Source: Bacteroidia bacterium (lineage in GTDB: Bacteria; Bacteroidota; Bacteroidia; UKL13-3). Taken from it: a DNA stretch of 64,000 nt. Positions 9,948 through 20,211 of this stretch are shown here, one piece after another (the first letter of the stretch is position 1; each line of letters starts with the position of its first letter). The stretch covers positions 17,028 through 81,027 of the forward strand of contig JAIBAK010000001.1 of NCBI GenBank assembly GCA_019695215.1. Direction: 5' to 3'. The position numbers were made by a program, and so were the translations under genes. The notes under the pieces are model-generated. The model had not been told where the DNA came from. It saw nothing but the letters and a program-made list of their open reading frames with translations, and did no database searches.

Positions 9948-12045
9948 GAAAGACATACTTTGGCGGGTATATCTTACCTTCTTCTTCATTTCCGTATTTG
10001 CGGTAGTGGTAGTGGTGTATATGTTCCGCATACAGTTTGTAGAGGGACATAAATGGCGTCAGCTGGCCGATAGCTTAAGTACCGAATACCAAACCATCGA
10101 AGCAGTTCGGGGTAATATTTATGCATCTGATGGCAGCCTGCTTGCTACTTCCATTCCTATTTATGATATCCGTTTTGATACGAGAGCAAGCGGATTAACC
10201 AATAAGGTTTTTAATGCCGGAATTGATTCGCTCTCTTTATTACTCGCGCTGGAGTTTAAGGATAAAACACCAAGAGAATATGCGCGCATGATTAAGAGTG
10301 CGCGCGCAAAATCTGAACGCTATTTTTTACTCAAGCGGAAAGTAACTTTTTTACAAATGAAACAAATGGCAAAATGGCCATTATTCAGGTTGGGCAGATA
10401 CAAAGGCGGATACGTAGCCGTAGAGCGCACAAGACGGCAAAAACCTTTTCAGCTGTTAGCCGAGCGCACCATAGGATATAATATAGAAGGGGTAGCTCCG
10501 GTAGGGATGGAGGGTTCATTTGATAAAATTCTTGCAGGTACCAGCGGCAAAAGATTAATGCAACGGGTAAGCGGAGGTGTTTGGGTGCCCATTAACGATG
10601 AGAATGAAATTGAACCCGAAGTGGGAAAGGATATCATCAGTACCATTAATGTGAATATGCAGGATGTAGCCGAGGATGCATTGTACAAAGCTCTTGTTCA
10701 GCACAACGCTCAGTTTGGTACTGCGGTGTTAATGGAAGTGGAAACCGGAGAAATAAAAGCCATTGCAAATCTTACTAAAGTTTCGGATGGAGTTTATACC
10801 GAGAAATACAATTATGCCATTGGTTTAAGTACCGAACCCGGATCGACATTTAAACTGGCTTCTGTAATCGCATTACTCGAAGACGGCTATGTAAAACCTA
10901 CCGATTCTTTTGATACAGAACACGGACAGAAACGTTATTTCGACCGTATTATGAAAGATGCGGAAGAGGGTGGACACGGACGGGTAAGTTTTCAGCATGC
11001 GTTTGAACTTTCTTCTAATGTGGCCATATCAAAGGCAGTGTATAATAACTACGCCAAACAGCCATCAAAATTTATAGCACACCTGGAAAAACTACATCTG
11101 TCCCGGCAGCTTGGTTTGCAGGTGAGCGGTGAAGGAACTCCGCATATTAAACACCCCAGGGATAAAGACTGGTATGGCACCACGCTTCCTTGGACCTCGA
11201 TTGGCTACGAAGTTCATGTAACTCCGTTGCAAATGCTCACACTTTATAATGCAGTTGCCAATAACGGACGCATGGTAAAACCACTGCTTGTAAAAGAAGT
11301 TCAGCAAACAGGAAAAGTGATTCAGCAATTTCCGGTGCAGGAAATTTCTCCGGCCATTTGTTCAGAAAAAACCATTAAAGCCGTGCGACTGATGATGGAA
11401 GGAGTGGTTGAAAGAGGAACTGCAAAGAATCTCAAAAATCAATATTATACCATTGCCGGTAAAACCGGAACTGCGCAGATTGCCGATGCGAAGAATGGCT
11501 ATAATAAAGTAGTTCATCAGGCTACCTTTTGCGGTTATTTTCCTGCCGATAAGCCAAAATATTCCTGTATCGTCATTATTAATTCTCCGTCAAACGGAGT
11601 GTACTATGGAGCTCTGGTGGCCGGTCCGGTGTTCAGAGAAATTGCCGATCAGGTGTACTCGGGGAGCATTGATATGCATCCTTCAGTTACTGTACAAACA
11701 GATAAAAAGGAATTGCTCATACCTGTGGTGCGGCCCGGTTATAAACCCGAAGTTAAAACAGTGCTGAATCGTTTAAGCATTAGTTCTTCAGTAAAAGATT
11801 CAACCGCATCTTCCGAGTGGGTGAGCGGAACCACGCATCACAATTCAGTTCAGCTTGTAAGTAAAAAAGTAGCTGATAAGCAGGTGCCGGATGTTATCGG
11901 AATGAGTTTAAAGGATGCTGTATTCATTTTAGAAAATGCGGGATTAAAGGTAATGAGTAAAGGTTGTGGCAGAATAAAAAGTCAGTCACTTCCCGCAGGG
12001 CAGGCACTTATTAAAGGAACAATTATTTATCTCGACTTAGGTTAA
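9937..12045 (+). CDS. ftsI: Penicillin-binding protein 3 / FtsI transpeptidase with a C-terminal PASTA domain
   Basis: N-terminal TM, STFK active-site motif (GSTFKLAS), SSN, KTGTA. The last ~58 aa (VPDVIGMSLKDAVFILENAGLKV...) fit PASTA. Confidence 0.9.
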   Translation: MNIKKDILWRVYLTFFFISVFAVVVVVYMFRIQFVEGHKWRQLADSLSTEYQTIEAVRGNIYASDGSLLATSIPIYDIRFDTRASGLTNKVFNAGIDSLSLLLALEFKDKTPREYARMIKSARAKSERYFLLKRKVTFLQMKQMAKWPLFRLGRYKGGYVAVERTRRQKPFQLLAERTIGYNIEGVAPVGMEGSFDKILAGTSGKRLMQRVSGGVWVPINDENEIEPEVGKDIISTINVNMQDVAEDALYKALVQHNAQFGTAVLMEVETGEIKAIANLTKVSDGVYTEKYNYAIGLSTEPGSTFKLASVIALLEDGYVKPTDSFDTEHGQKRYFDRIMKDAEEGGHGRVSFQHAFELSSNVAISKAVYNNYAKQPSKFIAHLEKLHLSRQLGLQVSGEGTPHIKHPRDKDWYGTTLPWTSIGYEVHVTPLQMLTLYNAVANNGRMVKPLLVKEVQQTGKVIQQFPVQEISPAICSEKTIKAVRLMMEGVVERGTAKNLKNQYYTIAGKTGTAQIADAKNGYNKVVHQATFCGYFPADKPKYSCIVIINSPSNGVYYGALVAGPVFREIADQVYSGSIDMHPSVTVQTDKKELLIPVVRPGYKPEVKTVLNRLSISSSVKDSTASSEWVSGTTHHNSVQLVSKKVADKQVPDVIGMSLKDAVFILENAGLKVMSKGCGRIKSQSLPAGQALIKGTIIYLDLG

Positions 12046-13508
12046 TGATTGAATTAAATACACTTCTTCGTCCGTTAGAAATAATGCAGATTGCCGGAGA
12101 CCGGGATGTTTCTGTATCTGCTATATGTTTTGATTCACGTAAGGCAGCTCCGCAATCACTATTTGTTGCAGTGCGCGGCACTCAGGCTGACGGGCATCAG
12201 TTTATTGCAGAGGTTATAGAGAAAGGCTGTTCGGTAATTGTTTGTGAAGAGTTGCCGCATCACCTCGTTGATGAGGTAACTTATGTGAAAGTGAAGGATG
12301 CTTCGCAGTCACTTGCGCTAATGGCATCAGTTTACTATGGTGAACCATCAAAAGAACTGGAACTGGTTGCCGTGACCGGAACCAACGGGAAAACTTCGGT
12401 AGCAACGCTGCTCTATAAATTATTTCGTGAATTCGGGCATCATGCGGGTTTACTGTCAACGGTAAATAATATCATCAACGATGAAGTTATTCCATCTACC
12501 CATACCACCCCCGATGCGCTCGCTATAAATGAACTGCTGGCTAAAATGGTGGATGCCGGATGTACTTACTGTTTTATGGAGGCAAGTTCACACGCTATTC
12601 ATCAAAACAGAATTACCGGGCTTGAATTTGCCGGAGTAATTTTTACCAATATCACACACGATCACCTGGATTATCATAAGACATTCGAACATTACCTCAA
12701 AGCCAAGAAAAAATTGTTTGATGATGTAAATGAGACAGCATTTGCACTCACCAATAAAGATGACAAAAACGGATTAGTAGTACTTCAAAATACCAAAGGT
12801 ACCCGATATACATACGGACTTCAGTCGATGGCCGATTTTAAAGGCAAAATTATGGAATCCGATTTTTCGGGAATGTTGCTCGAAGTTGACGGAGAACAGG
12901 TATGGTTTAAACTGGTAGGAAAATTTAATGCATATAATCTGCTTGCTGTTTATGGTGCGGCCTTTTTGCTGGGCAAAGAAAAAAATGATATTCTCAGATT
13001 GTTAAGCAAACTCAGCTCTGCCAAAGGCCGCTTTGATACCGTGTATTCGTCCGATAAAATAACGGGCATAATAGACTATGCACACACACCAGATGCATTA
13101 AAAAATGTATTGCAAACCATTGCTGATATACGCACCGGAAATGAACAGGTGATAACCGTAGTAGGATGCGGAGGTAATCGTGATGCCGCCAAACGGCCAC
13201 TTATGGCCGAAATAGCATGTGAGTGGAGTGATAAGATAATTTTTACCTCTGATAATCCCCGTTTTGAAAATCCGGAAACCATATTGGACGAAATGCAGCA
13301 GGGAGTTCCTGCACAGCATTACAGGAAAACACTTCGGATAAGCGACAGAAAAGAAGCGGTAAAGGCAGCTGTGAGTATGGCTGAACGCGGAGATATTATT
13401 CTGGTGGCAGGTAAAGGACACGAAACGTATCAGGATATTCAGGGTGTAAAACATCCGTTTGACGACAGAATTGTATTGGAAGAAATGTTTCAACTATTAA
13501 ATAAATAA
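12045..13508 (+). CDS. murE: UDP-N-acetylmuramoyl-L-alanyl-D-glutamate--2,6-diaminopimelate ligase
   Basis: GTNGKTS P-loop, a DNPR motif (TSDNPRFE) and Mur-ligase domain order. TAATG start/stop overlap with ftsI. Confidence 0.92.
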   Translation: MIELNTLLRPLEIMQIAGDRDVSVSAICFDSRKAAPQSLFVAVRGTQADGHQFIAEVIEKGCSVIVCEELPHHLVDEVTYVKVKDASQSLALMASVYYGEPSKELELVAVTGTNGKTSVATLLYKLFREFGHHAGLLSTVNNIINDEVIPSTHTTPDALAINELLAKMVDAGCTYCFMEASSHAIHQNRITGLEFAGVIFTNITHDHLDYHKTFEHYLKAKKKLFDDVNETAFALTNKDDKNGLVVLQNTKGTRYTYGLQSMADFKGKIMESDFSGMLLEVDGEQVWFKLVGKFNAYNLLAVYGAAFLLGKEKNDILRLLSKLSSAKGRFDTVYSSDKITGIIDYAHTPDALKNVLQTIADIRTGNEQVITVVGCGGNRDAAKRPLMAEIACEWSDKIIFTSDNPRFENPETILDEMQQGVPAQHYRKTLRISDRKEAVKAAVSMAERGDIILVAGKGHETYQDIQGVKHPFDDRIVLEEMFQLLNK

Positions 13509-13511
13509 AGA

Positions 13512-14780
13512 ATGCTATACTACCTTTTTGAATACTTAGATAAGCATTTTAATATGGCCGGTGCGGGAGCCTTTAAATACATTTCCACGCGTGCAGCACT
13601 GGCTATTATTCTTTCGCTTACCATTACCATGATTTTTGGCAGGCGCCTTATTGAAGCGCTTCGAAGATTGCAGGTAGCCGAAACGGTACGTTCACTTGGG
13701 CTGGAAGGCGAACAGAAGAAACAGGGAACACCCACAATGGGAGGTTTAATTATTTTGGCTGCCATTCTTATTCCGTCTCTGCTTTTTGCCAGAATAGATA
13801 ATGTATATATCGCCCTGATGCTTGTATCTACCGTGTGGCTGGGGCTGGTGGGTTTTCTCGATGATTATATCAAAGTATTTAAAAAGAATAAAGAAGGACT
13901 GGCCGGCAGGTTTAAAATACTAGGTCAGGTGGGATTGGGTGTTATTGTAGGTTCGGTACTTTACTTTAATGAACATGTAAAAACAAAAGATATTTACCAT
14001 GCGAATGATGTAACCGAGCAACTCATTATCGAGCAACACCTGCAACCTCAGCTCATCGACAATCAGCAGGTTTGGGTAAAAGAAGAAAAGGCCACCACCA
14101 CCACCATTCCTTTTTTCAAATCAACCGAATTTGATTATGCAGATCTGTTAAAATTTATGGGTGACGGGTATAAGGATTACAATTACATCATTTACATTTT
14201 GATGGTAATTTTTATCATTACTGCAGTATCGAACGGGGCAAATATAACCGATGGCATTGACGGCCTGGCAGCGGGCACTTCAGCAATTATCGGTACCACA
14301 CTTGGAATTTTCGCTTACGTTTCAGGTAACCTTGTTTTCTCCGGTTATCTGGACATCATGTACATCCCTCATTTGGGTGAGATGGTAATTTTTGCCGGTG
14401 CATTTGTAGGTGCCTGCGTAGGTTTTCTCTGGTACAACGCGTACCCTGCGCAGGTTTTTATGGGCGACACAGGGAGTTTGGCACTTGGTGGCATTATCGC
14501 CTCGTTTGCCATCATGGTACGTAAAGAATTACTCATTCCTATTCTGTGCGGAATTTTTCTGGTGGAAAACCTCTCGGTAATTCTGCAGGTTTATTATTTC
14601 AAATATCAGAAGCGCAAACACGGAATTGAGTATGCACGCGAACACCGGCTATTCAAAATGTCGCCTTTACACCATCACTATCAGAAAAGCGGATACCATG
14701 AAGCAAAAATTGTTTCGCGTTTCTGGATCATCGGAATTATGCTGGCCATTGTAACCATTTTAACTTTAAAAATCAGGTAA
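13512..14780 (+). CDS. mraY: Phospho-N-acetylmuramoyl-pentapeptide transferase
   Basis: Polytopic membrane protein with [22 protein letters not shown] and [12 protein letters not shown] motifs. Confidence 0.93.
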   Translation: MLYYLFEYLDKHFNMAGAGAFKYISTRAALAIILSLTITMIFGRRLIEALRRLQVAETVRSLGLEGEQKKQGTPTMGGLIILAAILIPSLLFARIDNVYIALMLVSTVWLGLVGFLDDYIKVFKKNKEGLAGRFKILGQVGLGVIVGSVLYFNEHVKTKDIYHANDVTEQLIIEQHLQPQLIDNQQVWVKEEKATTTTIPFFKSTEFDYADLLKFMGDGYKDYNYIIYILMVIFIITAVSNGANITDGIDGLAAGTSAIIGTTLGIFAYVSGNLVFSGYLDIMYIPHLGEMVIFAGAFVGACVGFLWYNAYPAQVFMGDTGSLALGGIIASFAIMVRKELLIPILCGIFLVENLSVILQVYYFKYQKRKHGIEYAREHRLFKMSPLHHHYQKSGYHEAKIVSRFWIIGIMLAIVTILTLKIR

Positions 14781-14782
14781 GC

Positions 14783-16132
14783 TTGAATAAAAGCATTGTT
14801 ATATTAGGCTCAGGCGAAAGCGGTACAGGTGCAGCCATTCTGGCTAAACAGAAAGGCTTTGATGTGTTTGTATCTGACAAAGGAAAAATTGCTGATAAAT
14901 TCAAAAAAGAATTGGAAGCAATTCACGTTTCCTATGAAGAAGGAGCACATGATGAGAACCGTATTTTATCGGCCGGTGAAATAATTAAAAGTCCCGGTAT
15001 TCCTGAAAAGAACGAGCTAATTCAAAAGCTGCGTTCAAAACAAATTCCGGTTATTTCCGAAATTGAATTTGCTGCTCGTTATACCAATGCGTTTAAGATA
15101 GGCATTACCGGAACCAACGGAAAAACCACCACCACTTCATTGGTATATCACTTAATGAAAAAGGCCGGGTTAAATGTGGCCTGCGGGGGCAATATCGGAA
15201 TTAGCTTTGCTCGTTTGGTGGCCGAAAAACAGTACGATTATTTTGTTCTGGAATTAAGCAGTTTTCAGTTGGACGACATGTACGATTTTAAAGCAGAAAT
15301 CGGCATTCTTACCAACATTACTCCCGATCACCTTGACAGATATAACTACGATTTGCAGAATTATATTCAATCCAAATTCAGAATACTGCAAAACCAAACA
15401 GCAAACGATTTATTTATTTATTGTGCCGATGATGAACTCACCACACAACACCTTGCAAAGGTGAATGTACAGGCGCAAAAACTACCTTTTTCTATTAAAC
15501 AGCAACTGACAACCGGAGCCTGGCAACAGGGAGATCAGTTTTATGTTTCTACTTCCACTCAAAAATCATCAAACCCATTTCATATGTATTTAAACGAGCT
15601 ATCACTTAGAGGTAAGCACAATGCTTACAATTCAATGGCTGCCGCCATTGTAGGGCAGGCCCTGTCCATCAGAAAGGAGGTTATTCGCGAAAGCCTTATG
15701 GATTTCGAGAATGCCGAACACCGGTTGGAACATGTGGCCTCAGTACAAGGCATTGAGTTTATCAATGACTCCAAGGCTACCAATGTAAATTCGGCATGGT
15801 ATGCCTTAGAAAGCATGGAAAAACCTGTTATATGGATTGCAGGTGGTGTTGACAAAGGAAATGATTACAGCATGCTCAAATCATTGGTTAAAGATAAGGT
15901 GCGCATTATTGTGTGCCTCGGAATTGACAATCGGAAGATTCACGAAGCGTTTCAGCGCGATGTGGAGATGATTGTAAATACCACATCGGCCAGCGAAGCC
16001 GTGCACGTGGCTTACAAATTAGCCAAACGCGATGAAGCAGTGTTGTTATCACCTGCATGTGCCAGTTTCGATTTGTTCGAAAATTATGAAGACAGAGGCA
16101 GGCAGTTTAAAAAAGCAGTAAGAGAACTTTAA
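14783..16132 (+). CDS. murD: UDP-N-acetylmuramoylalanine--D-glutamate ligase
   Basis: ILGSGESG Rossmann N-terminus, GITGTNGKTTTT P-loop. The start is TTG in the ORF track. Confidence 0.9.
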   Translation: MNKSIVILGSGESGTGAAILAKQKGFDVFVSDKGKIADKFKKELEAIHVSYEEGAHDENRILSAGEIIKSPGIPEKNELIQKLRSKQIPVISEIEFAARYTNAFKIGITGTNGKTTTTSLVYHLMKKAGLNVACGGNIGISFARLVAEKQYDYFVLELSSFQLDDMYDFKAEIGILTNITPDHLDRYNYDLQNYIQSKFRILQNQTANDLFIYCADDELTTQHLAKVNVQAQKLPFSIKQQLTTGAWQQGDQFYVSTSTQKSSNPFHMYLNELSLRGKHNAYNSMAAAIVGQALSIRKEVIRESLMDFENAEHRLEHVASVQGIEFINDSKATNVNSAWYALESMEKPVIWIAGGVDKGNDYSMLKSLVKDKVRIIVCLGIDNRKIHEAFQRDVEMIVNTTSASEAVHVAYKLAKRDEAVLLSPACASFDLFENYEDRGRQFKKAVREL

Positions 16133-16142
16133 TAAAACAAAA

Positions 16143-17369
16143 ATGAACTGGTTACTCTCACGCACCAAAGGCGATTTTGTTATATGGGCTATTGTAATGA
16201 TACTTTCCCTTTTCGGGGTATTGGCCGTATATAGCTCTACCGGAACTTTGGCGTATAAACGTTATGCAGGCAATACCGAATTGTTGCTGGCAAAACATTT
16301 ATTTCTTTTGCTGATGGGAATCGGGTTCATGTATCTGGCACATTTGGTTGATTACCGTTATTACTACGGAATTGCAAGGGTGCTGCTTATTATTTCAGTT
16401 CCTCTTTTAATTTACACCTTACTTTTTGCTCCTGTTATCAATGATGCCCGCAGGTGGATCAGCATACCCATTATAAACGCTACTTTTCAAACATCTGATT
16501 TGGCCAAGGTGGCGCTTATTATGTATGTGGCACGTATGTTATCCAAAAAGCAGGAAGACATTAAAGATTTTAAGAAAGCATTTCTGCCCATTATTTCGGC
16601 AGTGGTTGGTGTTTGCCTGCTCATAGCTCCGGCAAATCTTTCTACTGCGCTGGTACTTTTTTCTACCTGCGCCATTGTTATGTTCATTGGCCGCATCAAT
16701 TTTAAATACCTTATGTTAATGGCCGGGGCAGGCATCGTTGGTTTGGGATTATTAATTGGTATTTTATTCTCCGTGCCTGAGGAATCGTTGGGGAAAATAG
16801 GAGGGCGTTTTCTGACATGGAAATCCCGTATAGAGGTATTTGTGAACCACGATAGGGAAGCAAATAAAGATAACGACTACCAAAGCAAACAGGCAAAAAT
16901 TGCTATTGCCACCGGTGGACTTTTTGGAAAAGGGCCGGGCAACAGTACGCAGCGTAATTTTTTACCTCACCCGTATTCCGATTTTATTTTTGCAGTGATT
17001 ATTGAGGAATATGGTTTTGGAGGAGGCTTATTTGTCATATTTATTTATCTGCTTTTTTTGTGGCGCACCATTCGTATTGTGGTGCGAAGTCCCAAAGCAT
17101 TCGGGGCACTGCTGGCTTTCGGGCTAAGTTTGAGTATGGTAATACAGGCTTTTATTAATATGGCCGTTGCTGTAAATATTTTTCCTGTAACAGGTTTGCC
17201 ATTGCCATTGGTGAGTATGGGCGGAACATCCTTGTGGTTTACCAGTTTTGCATTCGGAGTTATTTTAAGTGTGAGCAGGTTTATTGACGGCTCTGAAGAA
17301 ATGGGTGCCGGCAATACCGAAACAACTGTTTCTTCCAATACAACCGGAGAGGAGGCTGCCCATGTCTGA
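16143..17369 (+). CDS. ftsW: SEDS-family peptidoglycan polymerase FtsW
   Basis: 10-TM SEDS pattern (QTSDLAKV, PHPYSDFIFAVI, PVTGLPLPLVSMGGTS). dcw position. Confidence 0.88.
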   Translation: MNWLLSRTKGDFVIWAIVMILSLFGVLAVYSSTGTLAYKRYAGNTELLLAKHLFLLLMGIGFMYLAHLVDYRYYYGIARVLLIISVPLLIYTLLFAPVINDARRWISIPIINATFQTSDLAKVALIMYVARMLSKKQEDIKDFKKAFLPIISAVVGVCLLIAPANLSTALVLFSTCAIVMFIGRINFKYLMLMAGAGIVGLGLLIGILFSVPEESLGKIGGRFLTWKSRIEVFVNHDREANKDNDYQSKQAKIAIATGGLFGKGPGNSTQRNFLPHPYSDFIFAVIIEEYGFGGGLFVIFIYLLFLWRTIRIVVRSPKAFGALLAFGLSLSMVIQAFINMAVAVNIFPVTGLPLPLVSMGGTSLWFTSFAFGVILSVSRFIDGSEEMGAGNTETTVSSNTTGEEAAHV

Positions 17370-18456
17370 AAAATTAAAAATAATGATAAGCGGAGGGGGA
17401 ACCGGAGGACATATTTTCCCGGCTATTGCCATTGCTCAGGCCTTACAGAAAATGCGGCCTGAAGCGGAATTTTTGTTTGTAGGGGCTAACGGCAAAATGG
17501 AAATGGAAAAGGTTCCTGCTGCCGGATATAAAATTGTTGGCCTTGATATTTCAGGGCTGCAGCGCAAATTATCACTCAGTTTGGTGTGGTGGCCGTTTCA
17601 GGTTTTGCTTGCTACCATCAAAGCAAAAAAAATAGTTAAAGAATTTAATCCTGCGGTAACCATTGGTGTAGGCGGTTATGCCAGCGGCCCTACCCTGCAG
17701 GCAGCTGCACAATACGGAATTCCCTGCCTTATACATGAGCAAAACAGTTTTGCCGGGATTACCAATAAATTATTAAAAAATAAAGTGAGTCGCATTTGTG
17801 TGGCTTACGATGGAATGGAGAAATTTTTCCCGAAGGACAAACTAATTAAAACAGGTAATCCGGTAAGGAAGGAAATTTTGAATAAAGAAGTTGATAAGGC
17901 AGCCGCTTACCATTTCTTCGGATTAGACCCGGCTAAAAAAACGCTGTTGATTATAGGGGGAAGTTTAGGAGCCCGCACTATTAACGAAAGCATTTTTGAG
18001 AAGACAGCACATATAGAAAAAGAAGGAATACAGGTATTGTGGCAAACCGGTAAATGGTTTTACGAGGTAGGAAAATCAGCAGAGACAAATGCGATAAAAG
18101 TGCACGAATTTATTTACCGCATGGATTTGGCTTACGCTATTGCCGATGTTGTGATCTCCCGTGCCGGAGCTATTTCCATTGCAGAAATAGCTTACCTGCA
18201 AAAGCCCGTGATATTAGTACCCTCACCCAATGTGGCCGAAGACCACCAGACCAAAAATGCAGAAGCATTGGTGAAAGAGAATGCCGCCATTTTGGTAACA
18301 GACGCAGAAGCCAAAAGTAACCTGGTGTATATAGCACTTGGTTTATTGCATGACGAAGAAAAAAAGGAACAGTTGCGCAGAAATATTTTACACTTCTCGG
18401 CACCCAATGCACCTGAAGTGATCGCGAATGAGGTTTTAAAATTAATTGATAGATAG
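17362..18456 (+). CDS. murG: UDP-N-acetylglucosamine--N-acetylmuramyl-(pentapeptide) pyrophosphoryl-undecaprenol GlcNAc transferase
   Basis: ISGGGTGGHIFPA begins 9 aa after the ATG at 17362. The longer ORF-track start (17284) lies inside ftsW. There is an 8-nt overlap with the ftsW stop. Confidence 0.9.
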   Translation: MSEKLKIMISGGGTGGHIFPAIAIAQALQKMRPEAEFLFVGANGKMEMEKVPAAGYKIVGLDISGLQRKLSLSLVWWPFQVLLATIKAKKIVKEFNPAVTIGVGGYASGPTLQAAAQYGIPCLIHEQNSFAGITNKLLKNKVSRICVAYDGMEKFFPKDKLIKTGNPVRKEILNKEVDKAAAYHFFGLDPAKKTLLIIGGSLGARTINESIFEKTAHIEKEGIQVLWQTGKWFYEVGKSAETNAIKVHEFIYRMDLAYAIADVVISRAGAISIAEIAYLQKPVILVPSPNVAEDHQTKNAEALVKENAAILVTDAEAKSNLVYIALGLLHDEEKKEQLRRNILHFSAPNAPEVIANEVLKLIDR

Positions 18457-18457
18457 T

Positions 18458-18832
18458 ATGAGAAAACTACTCTACGTGTTTATTGGCATGGCCATCGCTC
18501 TTGGAGCAATGGTGCTATACTCATTTAAAACAGAAAAGGCATCTGAGGCGAGTTATGCAATTATTCGAAGTTCCGAGGATCAGGGGATAGATTTTATATT
18601 TATTTATTATGGAGACGGTACCATGGAAAGCGCTGAAACTATATTAAATATTAAAATTGGGGAGAACATAGCAAAAGGGAAAACTCCAGTTAGAATTGCT
18701 TTGGCAAAGTCGCTTGAGTATCTCAGCAAAAAAGGGTATAAGCTGATAAGTGAGTCACAGGCAATCACAACTTCTACCTCAGGTGGAACAAATAAAACAA
18801 GCTCATCTTTTACATTAGTTAAACAAAATTGA
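18458..18832 (+). CDS. Hypothetical small bitopic membrane protein inserted between murG and murC
   Basis: The ATG is 1 nt after the murG TAG, and the TGA overlaps the TTG start of murC (TTGA). One N-terminal TM (LLYVFIGMAIALGAMVLYSF) is followed by ~100 aa with no motif I recognise. Confidence 0.55.
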   Translation: MRKLLYVFIGMAIALGAMVLYSFKTEKASEASYAIIRSSEDQGIDFIFIYYGDGTMESAETILNIKIGENIAKGKTPVRIALAKSLEYLSKKGYKLISESQAITTSTSGGTNKTSSSFTLVKQN

Positions 18833-20211
18833 TCGAACAGGTTAAACATATTTATTTCCTCGGTATTGGCGGCATCGGTATGAGCGCCCTGGCTAGATAT
18901 TTTCATATGGCAGGCGTTCATGTTTCCGGTTATGATAAAACAAGTACTCCGCTCACCAAGCAATTAGAAGCAGAGGGCATGGCGGTGCATTATGAAGACG
19001 ATTTGAGTTTAGTGAATGAGCACGTAAAGGATGTTGCCCATAAAGAACAAACCTTAATTGTGTACACACCGGCTGTTCCCAAAGATCACAAAGAATACAA
19101 TTTCTTTTTAAGCAACGGGTACAGGTTACTCAAGCGTTCACAACTGTTGGGTCAGGTTACAGAAAACTCTTTTTGTATTGGCGTGGCTGGTACACATGGC
19201 AAAACCACTACATCTACATTAATTACTCACTTACTGAAAAGCGGAGGCATTGCCTGCAATGCGTTTCTCGGAGGTATTTCGGCCAACTATGATACGAATT
19301 TGTTGTTGGGCAACGGAGAGTTTAACGGAAAGAAAGTAGTGGTGGTAGAAGCGGATGAGTTTGATCGTTCTTTCCTCACCCTTTCACCGGATATAGCCGT
19401 CATTACATCTACCGATGCAGACCACCTGGATATTTACGGCAAGCATGAAGAACTGAAAAAATCCTTTCTCGATTACAGCAATAAACTCAAAACAGGAGGA
19501 CTCCTGTTCATCAAAGCCGGCCTGCCGGTCATTCCCGATCTGAAAGTAAACTATACCATATACTCCCTCAACGGAGATGCCGCAGTGAACGGATCAAACC
19601 TGCGTATCAACAATGCGCAATACAGTTTTGATCTGGTAGTGGAGGGAACAGAGATAAACAATTTAAAACTCGGTATTCCCGGATGGCACAATGTAGAGAA
19701 TGCGGTAGTGGCTTCGGCTGTGGCCCTGCATATGGGCGTAAGCGAAGCCGATTTGAGAGACGGACTGGAAAGTTTCCGCGGTGCCAAACGCAGGTTCGAA
19801 TATATTTTGCGCAATGAGCATATCACCTATATTGATGATTACGCACATCACCCTGAAGAAATCAAAGCATTTCTCAGCTCAGTAAAACAAATGTATCCAG
19901 ATAAAAAAGTAACAGCCGTTTTTCAGCCGCATTTGTTTACCCGCACCCGCGATTTTGCCGATGGATTTGCCGAGAGTCTTTCATTGGCCGATGAACTTAT
20001 TTTGCTGGATATTTATCCGGCCCGCGAATTACCCATTGAAGGTGTTACATCAAAAATGTTATTGGATAAGGTACGGTTAACACATAAGGAGCTTTGCGCA
20101 AAAGCGGATTTGCTTGAAAAAATGCGCGACCGGCATCCGGAGGTTTTGGTAACCATTGGAGCAGGAGATATTGATCAGTTGGTTCAACCTTTAAAAAAAT
20201 TGTATGAATAA
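18829..20211 (+). CDS. murC: UDP-N-acetylmuramate--L-alanine ligase
   Basis: HIYFLGIGGIGMSALARY, GVAGTHGKTTTS. Mur ligase architecture. Confidence 0.92.
   Translation: MIEQVKHIYFLGIGGIGMSALARYFHMAGVHVSGYDKTSTPLTKQLEAEGMAVHYEDDLSLVNEHVKDVAHKEQTLIVYTPAVPKDHKEYNFFLSNGYRLLKRSQLLGQVTENSFCIGVAGTHGKTTTSTLITHLLKSGGIACNAFLGGISANYDTNLLLGNGEFNGKKVVVVEADEFDRSFLTLSPDIAVITSTDADHLDIYGKHEELKKSFLDYSNKLKTGGLLFIKAGLPVIPDLKVNYTIYSLNGDAAVNGSNLRINNAQYSFDLVVEGTEINNLKLGIPGWHNVENAVVASAVALHMGVSEADLRDGLESFRGAKRRFEYILRNEHITYIDDYAHHPEEIKAFLSSVKQMYPDKKVTAVFQPHLFTRTRDFADGFAESLSLADELILLDIYPARELPIEGVTSKMLLDKVRLTHKELCAKADLLEKMRDRHPEVLVTIGAGDIDQLVQPLKKLYE

Noticed and set aside
17284-17361. Longer MurG start at 17284
   Set aside because: It lies inside the ftsW coding region. 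The conserved GGGTGGH motif follows the ATG at 17362 at the usual distance.
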